The notes under the pieces: model-generated
Told to the model about the DNA's origin: nothing
Databases searched by the model: none
The model's input: only the letters and a program-made list of their open reading frames with translations
From: Candidatus Eiseniibacteriota bacterium
GTDB taxonomy: Bacteria > Eisenbacteria > RBG-16-71-46 > CAZAMP01
DNA: 64,000 nt
Assembly: GCA_965224245.1 (NCBI GenBank)
Contig: OZ245046.1
Location: forward strand, 2,848,001-2,912,000
Reading direction: 5' to 3'
In this document: piece by piece, positions 27,091 to 37,152 of the stretch
Numbering within the stretch: position 1 is the first letter of the stretch
Layout: every line of letters starts with the position of its first letter
Translations under genes and position numbers: made by a program

Positions 27091-29652
27091 ATGCCGCCAC
27101 GACGGCTTCGCCACGACGGCCGCGCCGCGCTCCTGGCGCTGGCGGCGGGGCTCACCCTGGCCACCGGCATCCCGCGGCCGACGCTGGCCGACGACGACAC
27201 ATCCCTCCGGACCGCACCCGATCGGCCGGACGCGCCCGCGAACGACGACACGCTGCGGGTGACGTCGGTCCTGGTGGCGGCCCGGGGGGCCTCCGGCGGC
27301 CGGTCGCCGGTCTTCACCGACGCGGTGCTGGCGCGGATCGCCGCCGGCGACTTCGTGCCGCCCCGCGAGGGTGACACGTTTCTCACGCCCGAGGGCGAGG
27401 AACGCGTGTGGCGCCGCGTCACCGCAAACGCCGACGGCTGGATCGATGACGACGAATCGGCGGGCGGATACGTGTTCGCCACCCTCGACGTCCCACGCGG
27501 CGGGCGCTACGTGCTCGAGGCCCGGGGCCATCGCTGGGTGATCATCGACGGCGAGCCTCGCGCCGGGGATCCGTACAACCTCGGCTTCCTGGTGACGCCG
27601 GTGCATCTCCGCGCCGGTCGGATCGAGCTCCTGTTCCGGCGGGGTCGCGGCGCCCTCCGGGCGACGTTCGTGCGCCCACCGGCCCCCGTCTTCGTCGATT
27701 CGCGCGACCCGGTCCTGCCCGACGTGGTCGGTGGCGTCCCCGAGACCGTCGCCGGGCTCGTGGTCGTGAACACGACCGACGAGTGGCGCCGCGGTCTCGT
27801 GCTGGTGGCCGACGCTCCTGCGGTCGGGATCTCGTCGAGCGGGTCCTCCCGTCCGTTCACGCTCCCGCCGGCGTCCAGTCGCAAGATCCCGGCGGGCTTC
27901 CGGGTCGACCCGGCGCCAGCCCACACCGATACGGTCCAGCTCGGCGTGCGGCTCCTGGCCGCTCACGGCGACGCCGCCATGCCGCTTCACACCCGGACGT
28001 TCGATCTGCGGGTTCGGGAGCCCGACCAGAAGCACACGCGTACGTTCGTCAGCGCCATCGACGGCGGCGTGCAGCTGTACGGCGTCACGCCGCCGCCCGG
28101 CGCACCGGTCGCCGATCTCGGCCTGGTCATCACCTGTCACGGCGCGGGCGTCTTCGGCCCGCGTCAGGCGAACGTCTACGAGCCGAGGGACTGGGCGTAC
28201 ATCGTGGCGCCGACCAACCGCCGACCCTTCGGGTTCGACTGGGAGGACTGGGGCCGGATGGATGCGCTCGAGGTGCTGGAGATCGCGCGCCGGACGTTCC
28301 GGACCGACCCCTCGCGCACCTGGCTGACGGGCCACTCGATGGGCGGGCACGGAACCTGGCACCTCGGAGCGCTCCTGCCCGATCGCTTCGCCGCGATCGG
28401 GCCCTGCGCCGGCTGGCGGGACTTCTGGTCCTACGGGTCCGGCGCCGAGTGGGACCCCGACGATCCCGTGGCCGACCTCCTCTCGCGGAGCGCCAACGGG
28501 AGCCGGCTCGGGCTCGTGGACGAGAATCTCTCGCACGTCGGCGTCTACGTGTTCCACGGGGACGCCGACGACAACGTGCCGGTCACCGAGGCCCGGGCGA
28601 TGCGCGAGCGGCTCGGGCAGTTCCACCCCAACTTCGCCTACCGCGAGTACCCCGGAGGCAGCCACTGGTGGGGCGACGAGTCCACGGACTGGCCGCCGCT
28701 CCTCGAGTTCCTCAGGGGCAACGTCATCCCCGACCCCGCCGGCGTCCGCGACGTGCGCTTCATCACCGTGAACCCGGGGGTGTCGGCTCGCTGCGACTGG
28801 CTGACGATCGAGGCCCAGGTGCGGTCGCTTCTGCCGAGCCGGGTGGAGGCGGCTCTCGATCCCGATTCGTCGACGCTCGTCCTGACCACCGAGAACGTCC
28901 GCCGGCTCACGGTCGACCTCGCGCACCTCGACGCGCGTCCCAGCGACGATGCCGCGGCGATCGACGTCGTGCTGAACGGAACGTCGCTGGGGGACGTTCC
29001 GTGGATCGAGGACGGTCCGACGCTCCGGATCGACGACGTGGACGACGAGCCGTCGCGCGTCGTGCGCTTCGATCGCGGCGGAAAGTCGCCGGGCCGCAGC
29101 GGCCCCCTCAAGGAGGCGTTCCGCAACGGGATGCTCTTCGTGGTGGGGACCCGGGGAACCGACGAGGAGACGGCCTGGGCGATGGCCAAGGCGCGCTACG
29201 ACGCCGAGACGTTCGCCTATCGGGGCAACGGCGCGATCGAGGTCCTGCTCGACTCCGACTTCGATCCCGACGAGACGCGCGACCGCAACGTCGTGCTCTA
29301 CGGCCACGAGGACGTCAACGGCGCCTGGGACCAGGTGCTCGACGACTGCCCGGTGCGCGTGCGCCGGGGATCGGTCCGGGTCGGCGGCCACCGGGTGAGC
29401 GGCGACGATCTCGCTTGCCTGTTCGTCCGGCCGCGGCGCGACAGCGACGTGGCCAGCGTCGCGGTCGTGGCCGCCACCGGTCTTCCGGGCGCGTGGGCGG
29501 CGACGTTCCTGCCCGTGTTCGTGTCCGGAGTCGGATTCCCGGACTGGATCGTGATCGGCGCCGACATGCTCGAGCGCGGCGTCGCCGGTGTGCGCGGCGC
29601 CGGCTTCTTCACGGCGGACTGGGACGTCGGTGAGGACGCGGCCTGGCGCTGA
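27091..29652 (+). CDS. Secreted alpha/beta hydrolase (prolyl oligopeptidase/esterase-like)
   Basis: Signal peptide, 'CHGAG', nucleophile GHSMGG, 'FHGDADDNVP', 'GSHWW'. Confidence 0.85.
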   Translation: MPPRRLRHDGRAALLALAAGLTLATGIPRPTLADDDTSLRTAPDRPDAPANDDTLRVTSVLVAARGASGGRSPVFTDAVLARIAAGDFVPPREGDTFLTPEGEERVWRRVTANADGWIDDDESAGGYVFATLDVPRGGRYVLEARGHRWVIIDGEPRAGDPYNLGFLVTPVHLRAGRIELLFRRGRGALRATFVRPPAPVFVDSRDPVLPDVVGGVPETVAGLVVVNTTDEWRRGLVLVADAPAVGISSSGSSRPFTLPPASSRKIPAGFRVDPAPAHTDTVQLGVRLLAAHGDAAMPLHTRTFDLRVREPDQKHTRTFVSAIDGGVQLYGVTPPPGAPVADLGLVITCHGAGVFGPRQANVYEPRDWAYIVAPTNRRPFGFDWEDWGRMDALEVLEIARRTFRTDPSRTWLTGHSMGGHGTWHLGALLPDRFAAIGPCAGWRDFWSYGSGAEWDPDDPVADLLSRSANGSRLGLVDENLSHVGVYVFHGDADDNVPVTEARAMRERLGQFHPNFAYREYPGGSHWWGDESTDWPPLLEFLRGNVIPDPAGVRDVRFITVNPGVSARCDWLTIEAQVRSLLPSRVEAALDPDSSTLVLTTENVRRLTVDLAHLDARPSDDAAAIDVVLNGTSLGDVPWIEDGPTLRIDDVDDEPSRVVRFDRGGKSPGRSGPLKEAFRNGMLFVVGTRGTDEETAWAMAKARYDAETFAYRGNGAIEVLLDSDFDPDETRDRNVVLYGHEDVNGAWDQVLDDCPVRVRRGSVRVGGHRVSGDDLACLFVRPRRDSDVASVAVVAATGLPGAWAATFLPVFVSGVGFPDWIVIGADMLERGVAGVRGAGFFTADWDVGEDAAWR

Positions 29653-29688
29653 GCCCTCTCCGACATCGGGTTCGGGGTGCGGCCGCGG

Positions 29689-31218
29689 TCACGCCCCGTC
29701 GATCGGCTCGACCGAGCGCGACGTCCGCGCACGGTGATAGGCCACGATCACCCGGGCGTCCCGTCGGCCGTCGAGATCCTCGCCGTCCGCACTCTCGACG
29801 ACGCCGCGCCGGGCGAGCCAGCGCACGATGCGCACGGCCGCCCCTGACCCGACCAGGAACTCGTCGATCACGTCCGAGGCCCGGAAGGCGTCACCGCGAT
29901 GGGTCCGCAGGAACTCGCGGACGTGCTCCTCGGGGATGCCGAACCGACGGGCCGGCCAGCCGTCGAGACGGTCGGTGAGCGCCGCGTCGCCGAACGGATC
30001 GGCCGGCACCAGCTCCGCCAGCGCGGCCTTGTCCCGCGGGGTGGCCACGAGCGCGCGCGAACCCGGCTCGGGACTGGGTGCATCGACCGGAGGGCGCGCG
30101 AGGTCGTGACCGCGGGTGGTGGGTCGATCCGAGGTCAGATGAGCGAGACGCCGCCGGGCCGGTGCGGACGCGGCGCGGCCGTAGCGGGCGTCGGCCCGGC
30201 TCCTGGCAACGTAGGCGGCGAGCATGTCGCATTCCAGCGCGCGATCTCCGATCGCGCGCGCAACGTTCCATCCGGCGTTGGACGCCGCCACCGACTCCTC
30301 GACGTGGCCGGTGCGCGCACACGCATCGGCGAGCTCGCCGAGGGCGAGCGCCAGCGCGATCCAGCGAGATCCGTCGCGATGGGCGGCAACCGCCATGGCC
30401 AGCGCGCGGCGACGTCGCTCCGGATCGTCGGCGGCCAGGCGAGCGAGCCGGTCGTACGACGCGCCGAGGCGCGTGACGTCGAGGCGGCGCGTACGTTCGG
30501 CGATCACCGCCTCCATCATCTCGACGGCGAGCGCGGGGCTTCGGCGTGCGGCCAGCACCTCGGCCAGTGCCTCGTCCGTCGCGAGGGTGCCGCGCGGATC
30601 CCCGGCATGCGCAAACAGCGACCGCGCCCGCCGGTTCACCGCAAACGCGAACGCGGACTCCCCGGAACGCAGCAGCACCTCCCCCAGCCGCAGCATCGCC
30701 AGCGGCCGGAGGCCCTCCGGGCCGCGGCGTCCGATGGCCGGCAGCAGCATGAGGGCTCGCTCGTGCTGCCCCGTACGTGAGAAGACGTCGGCGAGCACGA
30801 GCTCGATCCTCGCCCGCCACAAGACGCGCGCTCCGACCTGGCGATGGGCGTCCAGGAGAAGCGACTCGGCTCGCTCGACGTCGCCGCGCTCGACCTCGGC
30901 GACGGCCTCCAGGAACTGGAAGCGAGCCGGATCACGCGCCAGTCCGATGTCGAGAAGGGCATCCTGACGGGAGTCCCGGGTGGACGACAGAACGAGATGG
31001 AGTCGCTCGAGAAGCCCCGGGACGGCGCGGATCGGAAACGAGACACCGCCATCGAGCCCTTCCCGCCACGCGTGATCGACCAGTGCGCTGACCTCGAAGC
31101 TGTGTGGAACCGCTCGATCGGTCTCGTCCACGAGGAGCTGTCGGAGCCGGCGACACTGATGGCCCGGCTCGTTCGTACGAAGAAGGTCCACGAACGTCCC
31201 TCGACGCGATGGCCGCAT
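29689..31218 (-). CDS. Hypothetical TPR-like alpha-solenoid protein with possible C-terminal winged helix
   Basis: 509-aa ORF with TPR-like 'LA.....G..E.A' repeats. C-terminal 'FRASDVIDEFLVGSGAAVRIVRWLARRGVVE' resembles a wHTH. Start uncertain. Confidence 0.6.
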   Translation of the reverse strand: MRPSRRGTFVDLLRTNEPGHQCRRLRQLLVDETDRAVPHSFEVSALVDHAWREGLDGGVSFPIRAVPGLLERLHLVLSSTRDSRQDALLDIGLARDPARFQFLEAVAEVERGDVERAESLLLDAHRQVGARVLWRARIELVLADVFSRTGQHERALMLLPAIGRRGPEGLRPLAMLRLGEVLLRSGESAFAFAVNRRARSLFAHAGDPRGTLATDEALAEVLAARRSPALAVEMMEAVIAERTRRLDVTRLGASYDRLARLAADDPERRRRALAMAVAAHRDGSRWIALALALGELADACARTGHVEESVAASNAGWNVARAIGDRALECDMLAAYVARSRADARYGRAASAPARRRLAHLTSDRPTTRGHDLARPPVDAPSPEPGSRALVATPRDKAALAELVPADPFGDAALTDRLDGWPARRFGIPEEHVREFLRTHRGDAFRASDVIDEFLVGSGAAVRIVRWLARRGVVESADGEDLDGRRDARVIVAYHRARTSRSVEPIDGA

Positions 31219-31423
31219 CGCCTGCGGCTACTCGGGTCTCGATGTCGTCGATTCTCTCGGGGAAGGTGGGGCGCCGGGATCGGGCACCAGCCGGGGAGCG
31301 CGACACTATCCGATCCGCATCGATCGCGTCCAGCTCGGCACCCGCCCTCCGGTCGTGCCTCCGGCGCACCCGCCAGCGTCGGCTTCTCGCGACGCTGCGT
31401 GACGTCGTCGCCTGCCCAAATCG

Positions 31424-31449
31424 ATATCGGATTCATTAGTAACCGATAT
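31424..31449. promoter_or_regulatory. AT-rich inverted repeat ATATCGG-N12-CCGATAT, candidate operator
   Basis: Read directly; an AT island in the divergent intergenic region upstream of an XRE regulator. Confidence 0.55.
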
Positions 31450-31561
31450 TGGATGGAGGTTCAAGACCTCACTCCCGGCCGTCGCCCGGCGTCACGCCGG
31501 GATCTGGGCCTGCCGGATGCGCATGAGCCGTCACACCGGATCGAGCCTCTCGCGGGGTGTC

Positions 31562-31590
31562 TTGACGCTGACAGGACCGTCTCCTACCCT
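31562..31590 (+). promoter_or_regulatory. Sigma70-type promoter TTGACG-N17-TACCCT
   Basis: Near-consensus -35 with exact 17-nt spacer, ~46 nt upstream of the XRE gene start. Confidence 0.55.
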
Positions 31591-31636
31591 CGCGGCCGGT
31601 CCGTAACCCCGGCCCCGATCAAACCTGGAGTGTCAC

Positions 31637-32035
31637 GTGCCCACGAGGGATCGCGCATCGAAGTCCCGTCCGACCCGCGGCCAGCGTGTCGAACGGGTCA
31701 TGCGGGAGCGCGGGTACGATCAGTCGTCGCTGTCGAGGGCCACCGGCGTCCCTCAGAGCTTCATCTCGCGCCTCGTCGGCGACAAGAGCGACTCGTTCAA
31801 CCTCGATCACCTCACCGCGATCTCGCGGGAGCTGCGCGAGACCCTCGACTACCTGATCGCGGGCCGCCGGCCCAGCGAGCTGGCCGATCGCATGGATCAC
31901 GTGGCCGAGGAGATCCTGGAGATCCTCGACCAGACCTCCGATGAACGCCGCTCCTGGCTCCTCGAGTCCGCCCGCCTCGCGGCCGGACGCAACCCGGCGG
32001 GACGCGCCCGCAGGCGCCGTCGCCGCCGGCCCTAG
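31637..32035 (+). CDS. XRE/Cro-C1 helix-turn-helix transcriptional regulator
   Basis: 'MRERGYDQSSLSRATGVPQSFISRLVG...L..I...L...LDYLI.G'. GGAG RBS. Confidence 0.85.
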   Translation: MPTRDRASKSRPTRGQRVERVMRERGYDQSSLSRATGVPQSFISRLVGDKSDSFNLDHLTAISRELRETLDYLIAGRRPSELADRMDHVAEEILEILDQTSDERRSWLLESARLAAGRNPAGRARRRRRRRP

Positions 32036-32176
32036 CGACGCCTCGGACCGGCCGTCCGACCCGGACACCGCGCGACGAAACGACGCAATACGGGCAACGC
32101 CCCCGCGACGTCCCTCGTAGTCGGCCTCCATCGAACATGCGTGCGTGCCCCCGGTCCGTTCCGACGCGAGGATTCC

Positions 32177-32956
32177 ATGAACGTGATACCCCGAGACACG
32201 ATCATCTCGACGCTTTCGTCCGCGCTCGAGCCGCTTCCGTACGTACACGCCGCCTGGCTCGGGGGAAGCGCCGCGTCCGGCCGCTCCGACGAGTGGTCCG
32301 ACATCGACCTTCAGGTGGTCGTGGACGACGATCGAATCGAGGACGCGTACGACGCCGTGCATCGGGCGCTGGAGAGCCTGTCACCCATCCGGCACCGGCA
32401 CCGGATGCCGACGCCCACGTGGCACGGCCACGAGCAGGAGCTGGTCGCGCTTCGTGATGCCGATCCGTGTCACTTCCTCGATCTCGTGCTGATCGCACGA
32501 TCGAGCCGGAGCTGGTTCCTGGAGCCTGAGCGCCACGGAGCGGCGGTCGTCCTGTTCGACAAGGCCGAGCTCGTGAAGCCGGCGCCGTTCGACCGCGACG
32601 CGCACTGCGAGAAGATGGCGGCCCGGCTGGAGGTCCTGCGGACCACGTTTCCGCTGCTCCAGAACCTCGTGACGAAGGCCGTCCGCCGGGGAGCGGCCGC
32701 GGATGCCGTTCAGTCGTATCTGAGCTTCACGCTGCGGCCCCTGGTGGAGCTGCTCCGGATGCGCCACGCGCCGGACATGTACGACTTCGGCCTTCGCTAT
32801 CTGGACCGCGACCTGCCGGACGCCCTTCGTGCGGAGATCGAGCGCCTGGCGCTGCCCCCGGCGGTGGACGACGTGGAGACGTTCCGACAGCGTGCCGAAG
32901 CGCTCTTCCAGGCGACTCTCCGGGCACACGACGACGGCACCTGGCGCATCCGCTGA
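32177..32956 (+). CDS. Pol-beta-fold nucleotidyltransferase with helical C-terminal domain
   Basis: 'WLGGSAASGRSDEWSDIDL' (hGS-x-DxD), third Asp in 'FLDLV'. Confidence 0.8.
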   Translation: MNVIPRDTIISTLSSALEPLPYVHAAWLGGSAASGRSDEWSDIDLQVVVDDDRIEDAYDAVHRALESLSPIRHRHRMPTPTWHGHEQELVALRDADPCHFLDLVLIARSSRSWFLEPERHGAAVVLFDKAELVKPAPFDRDAHCEKMAARLEVLRTTFPLLQNLVTKAVRRGAAADAVQSYLSFTLRPLVELLRMRHAPDMYDFGLRYLDRDLPDALRAEIERLALPPAVDDVETFRQRAEALFQATLRAHDDGTWRIR

Positions 32957-32961
32957 CGACG

Positions 32962-34680
32962 CTATCGCACCAGCACGATCCGGCGAGCGGCCCTCGACGG
33001 CCCCGACCGGAGCTCGATCACGTACGTCCCCGACGCGACGGCGCTGCCCGCGTCGTCGACGCCGTCCCACTCCACCGCGTGCTCGCCCCCTCCGATCCAA
33101 CGGTCCTCGGCCAGCACGCGCACCAGGCGCCCGGCCGCGTCGAACACGCGCAGTGACGCCGGTGCGGCCGCCGCCGTCCGGATCGTGATCGTGGTCCGGG
33201 GATTGAACGGGTTCGGGCGGCTCGACAGCGCGACGGCGATGGCGACGGGCGGCGCCGGCACGGCCAGCGGCTCGCCTTCCACGACCGTGATCCGCTGGTT
33301 CGCGGGCAGGTCGACGTGCACGTCGACGATGCCCGACGGCCAGGTCACGATCAGCGAGTCGACTGTCGCCGCCGTGCCGAGGCCGAACGACTGCGTCATG
33401 AAGCTCTGAGACACGTACGAGGTTCCCGGCACGACGTCGCGGATCTGGCTCGTCTCCCCGGTCACCGCCCGGAGGCGTGTCCCCACGCCCGAGCGATTCG
33501 ACACCGTCCCCACGACGTCGACCTGGAGCCAGCCGCCGGTCTCGCCGTCGTTGCGAAAGAGCTTGTTGGGCTGGAGCTCGTTGGCCAGGTACAGGTCGAG
33601 ATCGCCGTCGCCGTCGTAGTCGGCCCAGGCCGCACCTTCGCCCGAGCTCGCGTCGCCCAGGGGTGGCACCGTCACGTCGACGAGCACGCCGTCGTCGTTC
33701 CGGAAGAGCTTGTTGGCGGTCAACAGCGCGTTCGACGAGTACAGGTCGAGATCGCCGTCGTAGTCGAAGTCGCCCCACGCGCCGCTGCGGCTGAGCGCGG
33801 TGTCGGCCAGCGCCGGCGTCGTGATGTCGACGAACACGTCCCCGTCGTTCCGGAAGAAGCGGTTGGCGGCACCGCCGTTGGTCACGTAGAGATCCAGATC
33901 TCCGTCGTTCTCGACGTCGGCCCAGGATCCGCCGTAGCTCGGGGAGGGGTCGTCGATCGGACCGGCGGTGACCTCGACGAAGACGCCGCCGTCGTTGCGA
34001 TGGAGCCGGTTCCCGGCCGATCGGTTGGCGAGGTAGATGTCGAGGTCGCCGTCGTTGTCGTAGTCGGCGATGGCCACGCCGCGCGTCTGCTCGTCGTCGT
34101 CGAGCGGGGGAACGGTGACGTCGACGAAGACGTCGCCGCCCTCGTTGCGGAACAGGTGGTTGATGTCGGGCGATCCGATGTTGCCGAGATAGAAGTCCAC
34201 CCGGCCGTCCCCGTCGTAGTCCAGCCACGAGCCCGAGTACCCGAGCCCGACGTCGTCGAGCGGTGGTGCGGTGACGTCGACGAAGTCGCCGTCGTCATTG
34301 CGGATGAGACGGTTCCCGGGTCCGCGGTTGACGAGGTACACGTCGAGATCACCGTCGTTGTCGATGTCGCACCACGAGGCGACGCGGGTGCGGCCGGTGT
34401 TCCCGAGAGGACCGGTGGTCACGTCCACGAACGTGCCGGCGTCGTTCCGGAACAGGTTGTTGGCCTGGTTGTCGTTGGAGACGTAGAGATCGGGATCTCC
34501 GTCGCCGTCGACGTCCGCCCACGAGACGCCGTAGCTCGCATCGGGTGCGGCCAGGAGAGCCGGCGTCACGTCCACGAAGACCGGGTCGGCGGCATGGGAC
34601 AGCGATGCGCTCACCGTCAGCGTGAGCGCCGCCCGGGCGAGCGAGGACGCATGGTGACGATCGAGCCGCTGCAATCTCAC
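32962..34680 (-). CDS. Secreted FG-GAP repeat / ASPIC-UnbV protein with FlgD-Ig CTD
   Basis: Seven W.D.DGDGD.DLY..N...N.LFRND repeats, 'FGLG...TWPSG', 'PNPFNPRT...FDAAGRLVR...WDGVDDAG..VASGTY'. Confidence 0.9.
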   Translation of the reverse strand: MRLQRLDRHHASSLARAALTLTVSASLSHAADPVFVDVTPALLAAPDASYGVSWADVDGDGDPDLYVSNDNQANNLFRNDAGTFVDVTTGPLGNTGRTRVASWCDIDNDGDLDVYLVNRGPGNRLIRNDDGDFVDVTAPPLDDVGLGYSGSWLDYDGDGRVDFYLGNIGSPDINHLFRNEGGDVFVDVTVPPLDDDEQTRGVAIADYDNDGDLDIYLANRSAGNRLHRNDGGVFVEVTAGPIDDPSPSYGGSWADVENDGDLDLYVTNGGAANRFFRNDGDVFVDITTPALADTALSRSGAWGDFDYDGDLDLYSSNALLTANKLFRNDDGVLVDVTVPPLGDASSGEGAAWADYDGDGDLDLYLANELQPNKLFRNDGETGGWLQVDVVGTVSNRSGVGTRLRAVTGETSQIRDVVPGTSYVSQSFMTQSFGLGTAATVDSLIVTWPSGIVDVHVDLPANQRITVVEGEPLAVPAPPVAIAVALSSRPNPFNPRTTITIRTAAAAPASLRVFDAAGRLVRVLAEDRWIGGGEHAVEWDGVDDAGSAVASGTYVIELRSGPSRAARRIVLVR

Positions 34681-34847
34681 AGGTGGGCCTCGCTTCCTGC
34701 ATCGCGTGATGAGCGTCCCGGCGGTCTCGCACGTCCCGCACGAGCGGCGCTATCCCCTGCCGCGCCCCCGAGAGAGGCGGGCTTGATTATAGCGTTGGTG
34801 TGATAGTTCGGGAAACCGGGGGCATGCGGCGCTCAGCGCCGAGGGCG

Positions 34848-37052
34848 TCAGTTCTCGCTGGGCTCACCGGCGCCGGCCCCGGTGGCCTGACGGATCGCGA
34901 CACCGAGCGCGTCGCGGGCGAACGGCTTGGCCAGGAAGACCGCGTTGGCCCGGCTCGCGTCGGCGGCGTGGCTGGGATCCCCCGAGATGAGCACGGCGGG
35001 AAGTCCCTCCCGCCGCGCCCTCAGCTCCTCGACGAGATCCAGGCCGCTCGACGGCGTCAGCCGCACGTCCGAGATCAGGATGTCGATTCCGTCGATTCCC
35101 TCGTCGGCGATCGCGCGCGCCTGATCCACCGAGCCGGCATCGATCACGTCGTACGACAGGTCGAGCAGAAGACGCCGCGTGATCGATCGGACCACGCGAT
35201 CGTCCTCGACGAGCAGGACGCACTTCCGGGGTCGCGAGACGGTCGGCGCCTCGGCACGGCGGCTCGGGGGCGCGTCGATCTCCGTCGTGGGAAGCGAGAT
35301 CCGGAACGTGGTGCCGGTTCCCGGGTGGCTCGTGACCGTGATGCGACCACCGCTCTGGAGCACGATCCCGTGTACGATCGAGAGCCCGAGACCGGCCCCT
35401 CCGGGCCGGCTGGTGTGGAAGGGCTCGAACACCCGGGCCAGGAGATCCGCCGGAATCCCCTCGCCCGTGTCGGAGACGTCGAGCACGACACGCTCGGCGG
35501 ATCCACGCGAGCGGTCGACGTGCTCGCGGACGACCGCGGTCCGGATCGTGATGGTGCCGCCGTCGGGCATGGCCTCGCCGGCATTGATCACGAGATTCAC
35601 GACCGCATGCGTGAGCTCGCGCCAGTCCCCCGACACGGCCGGCAGCGCGTCGTCCAGCTCGAGCTCGAGACGGCAGTCGTCGGGAACCAGCCGCTTCAGA
35701 ACCGGGCGCGCCTCGCGCACCAGCGCATTCAGATCGATCCGTTCGCGGTGTAGCCGCTGTCGCTGCCCGAACGCCAGCAGCCGCGCCGTCAGCGTTCCCG
35801 CGTTCTCCGCGGCGGCCAGGACGGGCTCGAGGTCCGCGCGCACGTCATCGCCGACGTCGGGACGGCTCAGCGCGAGCTCGGCCCCGCTCCGGATCACCGT
35901 CATCACGTTGCTGAAGTCCTGCGCGACCCCCACCGCCATGCGCCCGAGCGCCTCCATCCGCTGCTTGTCGGCCAGCTGCTGGCTGGACATGAGCACCGCG
36001 ACGCGATCGGAGACCGCCCCCAGGCGGCGCCGGACCGCCGCATCGCGGGCGATCAGAAGGCCCACGAGGGCGAGCACGCCCGCGCACACGACGGCCATCC
36101 CGATCGTGTCCCCCGCGCCCCGGAAGATGCCCAGCGACCAGCTCGCGAGCGCCGCGGCGGGCAGGAGCACGGCGTAGAGGTGCAGCATCCCCGAGCGGAC
36201 GACCCAGGCTTGCGTGTCGTCGAGCTCGCTCCAGGCGTCGGCCGGCGACGGTTCCGGCACCTGGCGGGGCGACGTGGTCGGCACCGACATCAACAGCGCG
36301 AGGTGCGGCACATAGTACGCCAGGTCCAGAAGCGTCCCCCCGGGAAAGCCGATCCCCGTGGCGTACCAGAGACCATCGAGGGCATCCAGCACGCACCAGC
36401 ATGCGGCCGCGGTGCCGATGCCCCGGTACGGTCGAACCCACGCGGGATCGGTCACGCGCCGTCCGAGTCCGATGAAGCGCACGGCGATGATGATGTCCAG
36501 CGCGACGAACGAGGCGAACGCCGGGATGCACAGCTCGTCGGTCCCCGGAGATACGATCGCCGGCACCACCGCGAAGTACCCGATGAGCGAGAACACGAAC
36601 ACGGCCGTTCCCAGACGCCAGTAGCGATGCGACACCGACGTCTCGGTCCAGCCGGGTCGGCCGTGCGGGCGCTCCTCGGGCGCCAGGAGCAGACCCAGGT
36701 AGAACAGCGCGTACAGGCCGTCGCCGAACAGCTTGGAGGGCATCGAGGGACCGCCGTCGATCGCGAACACGATGGACGCCCCCACGAGCGCCACCAGCGC
36801 CCCCAGAACGAGCGCCCAGAACGTGTTGCCCTCGCGGTGCAGCCGCAGCCGTGCCGTCCGGCGCGCGATGACGATGACCACGAACACGGCCACCGGCAGC
36901 TCGAGATAGACCTCCGAGCCCCAGGCCAGCTCGGGGCTCGGCCAGGCGAGCAGGACGATCCCGAGGACGGCCATGTACGCGAGCACGACGAGCACGGCCG
37001 GATCCCGCACGACGCGGCTCCAACGCATCTCGACTCCAGATGGAGCGCTCAC
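34848..37052 (-). CDS. Membrane hybrid sensor kinase/receiver with degenerate H-box (His->Gln)
   Basis: About 10 TM helices, H-box 'GRMAVGVAQDFSN', N-box 'NLVINAGEAMP', 'DTGEGI', 'GLGLS', C-terminal REC 'LLVEDD...ISDV...AKPF'. Confidence 0.85.
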   Translation of the reverse strand: MSAPSGVEMRWSRVVRDPAVLVVLAYMAVLGIVLLAWPSPELAWGSEVYLELPVAVFVVIVIARRTARLRLHREGNTFWALVLGALVALVGASIVFAIDGGPSMPSKLFGDGLYALFYLGLLLAPEERPHGRPGWTETSVSHRYWRLGTAVFVFSLIGYFAVVPAIVSPGTDELCIPAFASFVALDIIIAVRFIGLGRRVTDPAWVRPYRGIGTAAACWCVLDALDGLWYATGIGFPGGTLLDLAYYVPHLALLMSVPTTSPRQVPEPSPADAWSELDDTQAWVVRSGMLHLYAVLLPAAALASWSLGIFRGAGDTIGMAVVCAGVLALVGLLIARDAAVRRRLGAVSDRVAVLMSSQQLADKQRMEALGRMAVGVAQDFSNVMTVIRSGAELALSRPDVGDDVRADLEPVLAAAENAGTLTARLLAFGQRQRLHRERIDLNALVREARPVLKRLVPDDCRLELELDDALPAVSGDWRELTHAVVNLVINAGEAMPDGGTITIRTAVVREHVDRSRGSAERVVLDVSDTGEGIPADLLARVFEPFHTSRPGGAGLGLSIVHGIVLQSGGRITVTSHPGTGTTFRISLPTTEIDAPPSRRAEAPTVSRPRKCVLLVEDDRVVRSITRRLLLDLSYDVIDAGSVDQARAIADEGIDGIDILISDVRLTPSSGLDLVEELRARREGLPAVLISGDPSHAADASRANAVFLAKPFARDALGVAIRQATGAGAGEPSEN

Positions 37053-37152
37053 GCGAGGCGGCGCTCGAGGGTGTTGGGAATGAGGGAGCGACGACGCTCG
37101 GCATTATCCGGGCTGTGCCGAGCGCCGTCAATGCGGGACGGGCGGTCGTGCG

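Noticed and set aside
29689-32956. Prophage or integrative element around the XRE regulator
   Set aside because: No integrase, att-like repeats, tRNA or phage structural genes.
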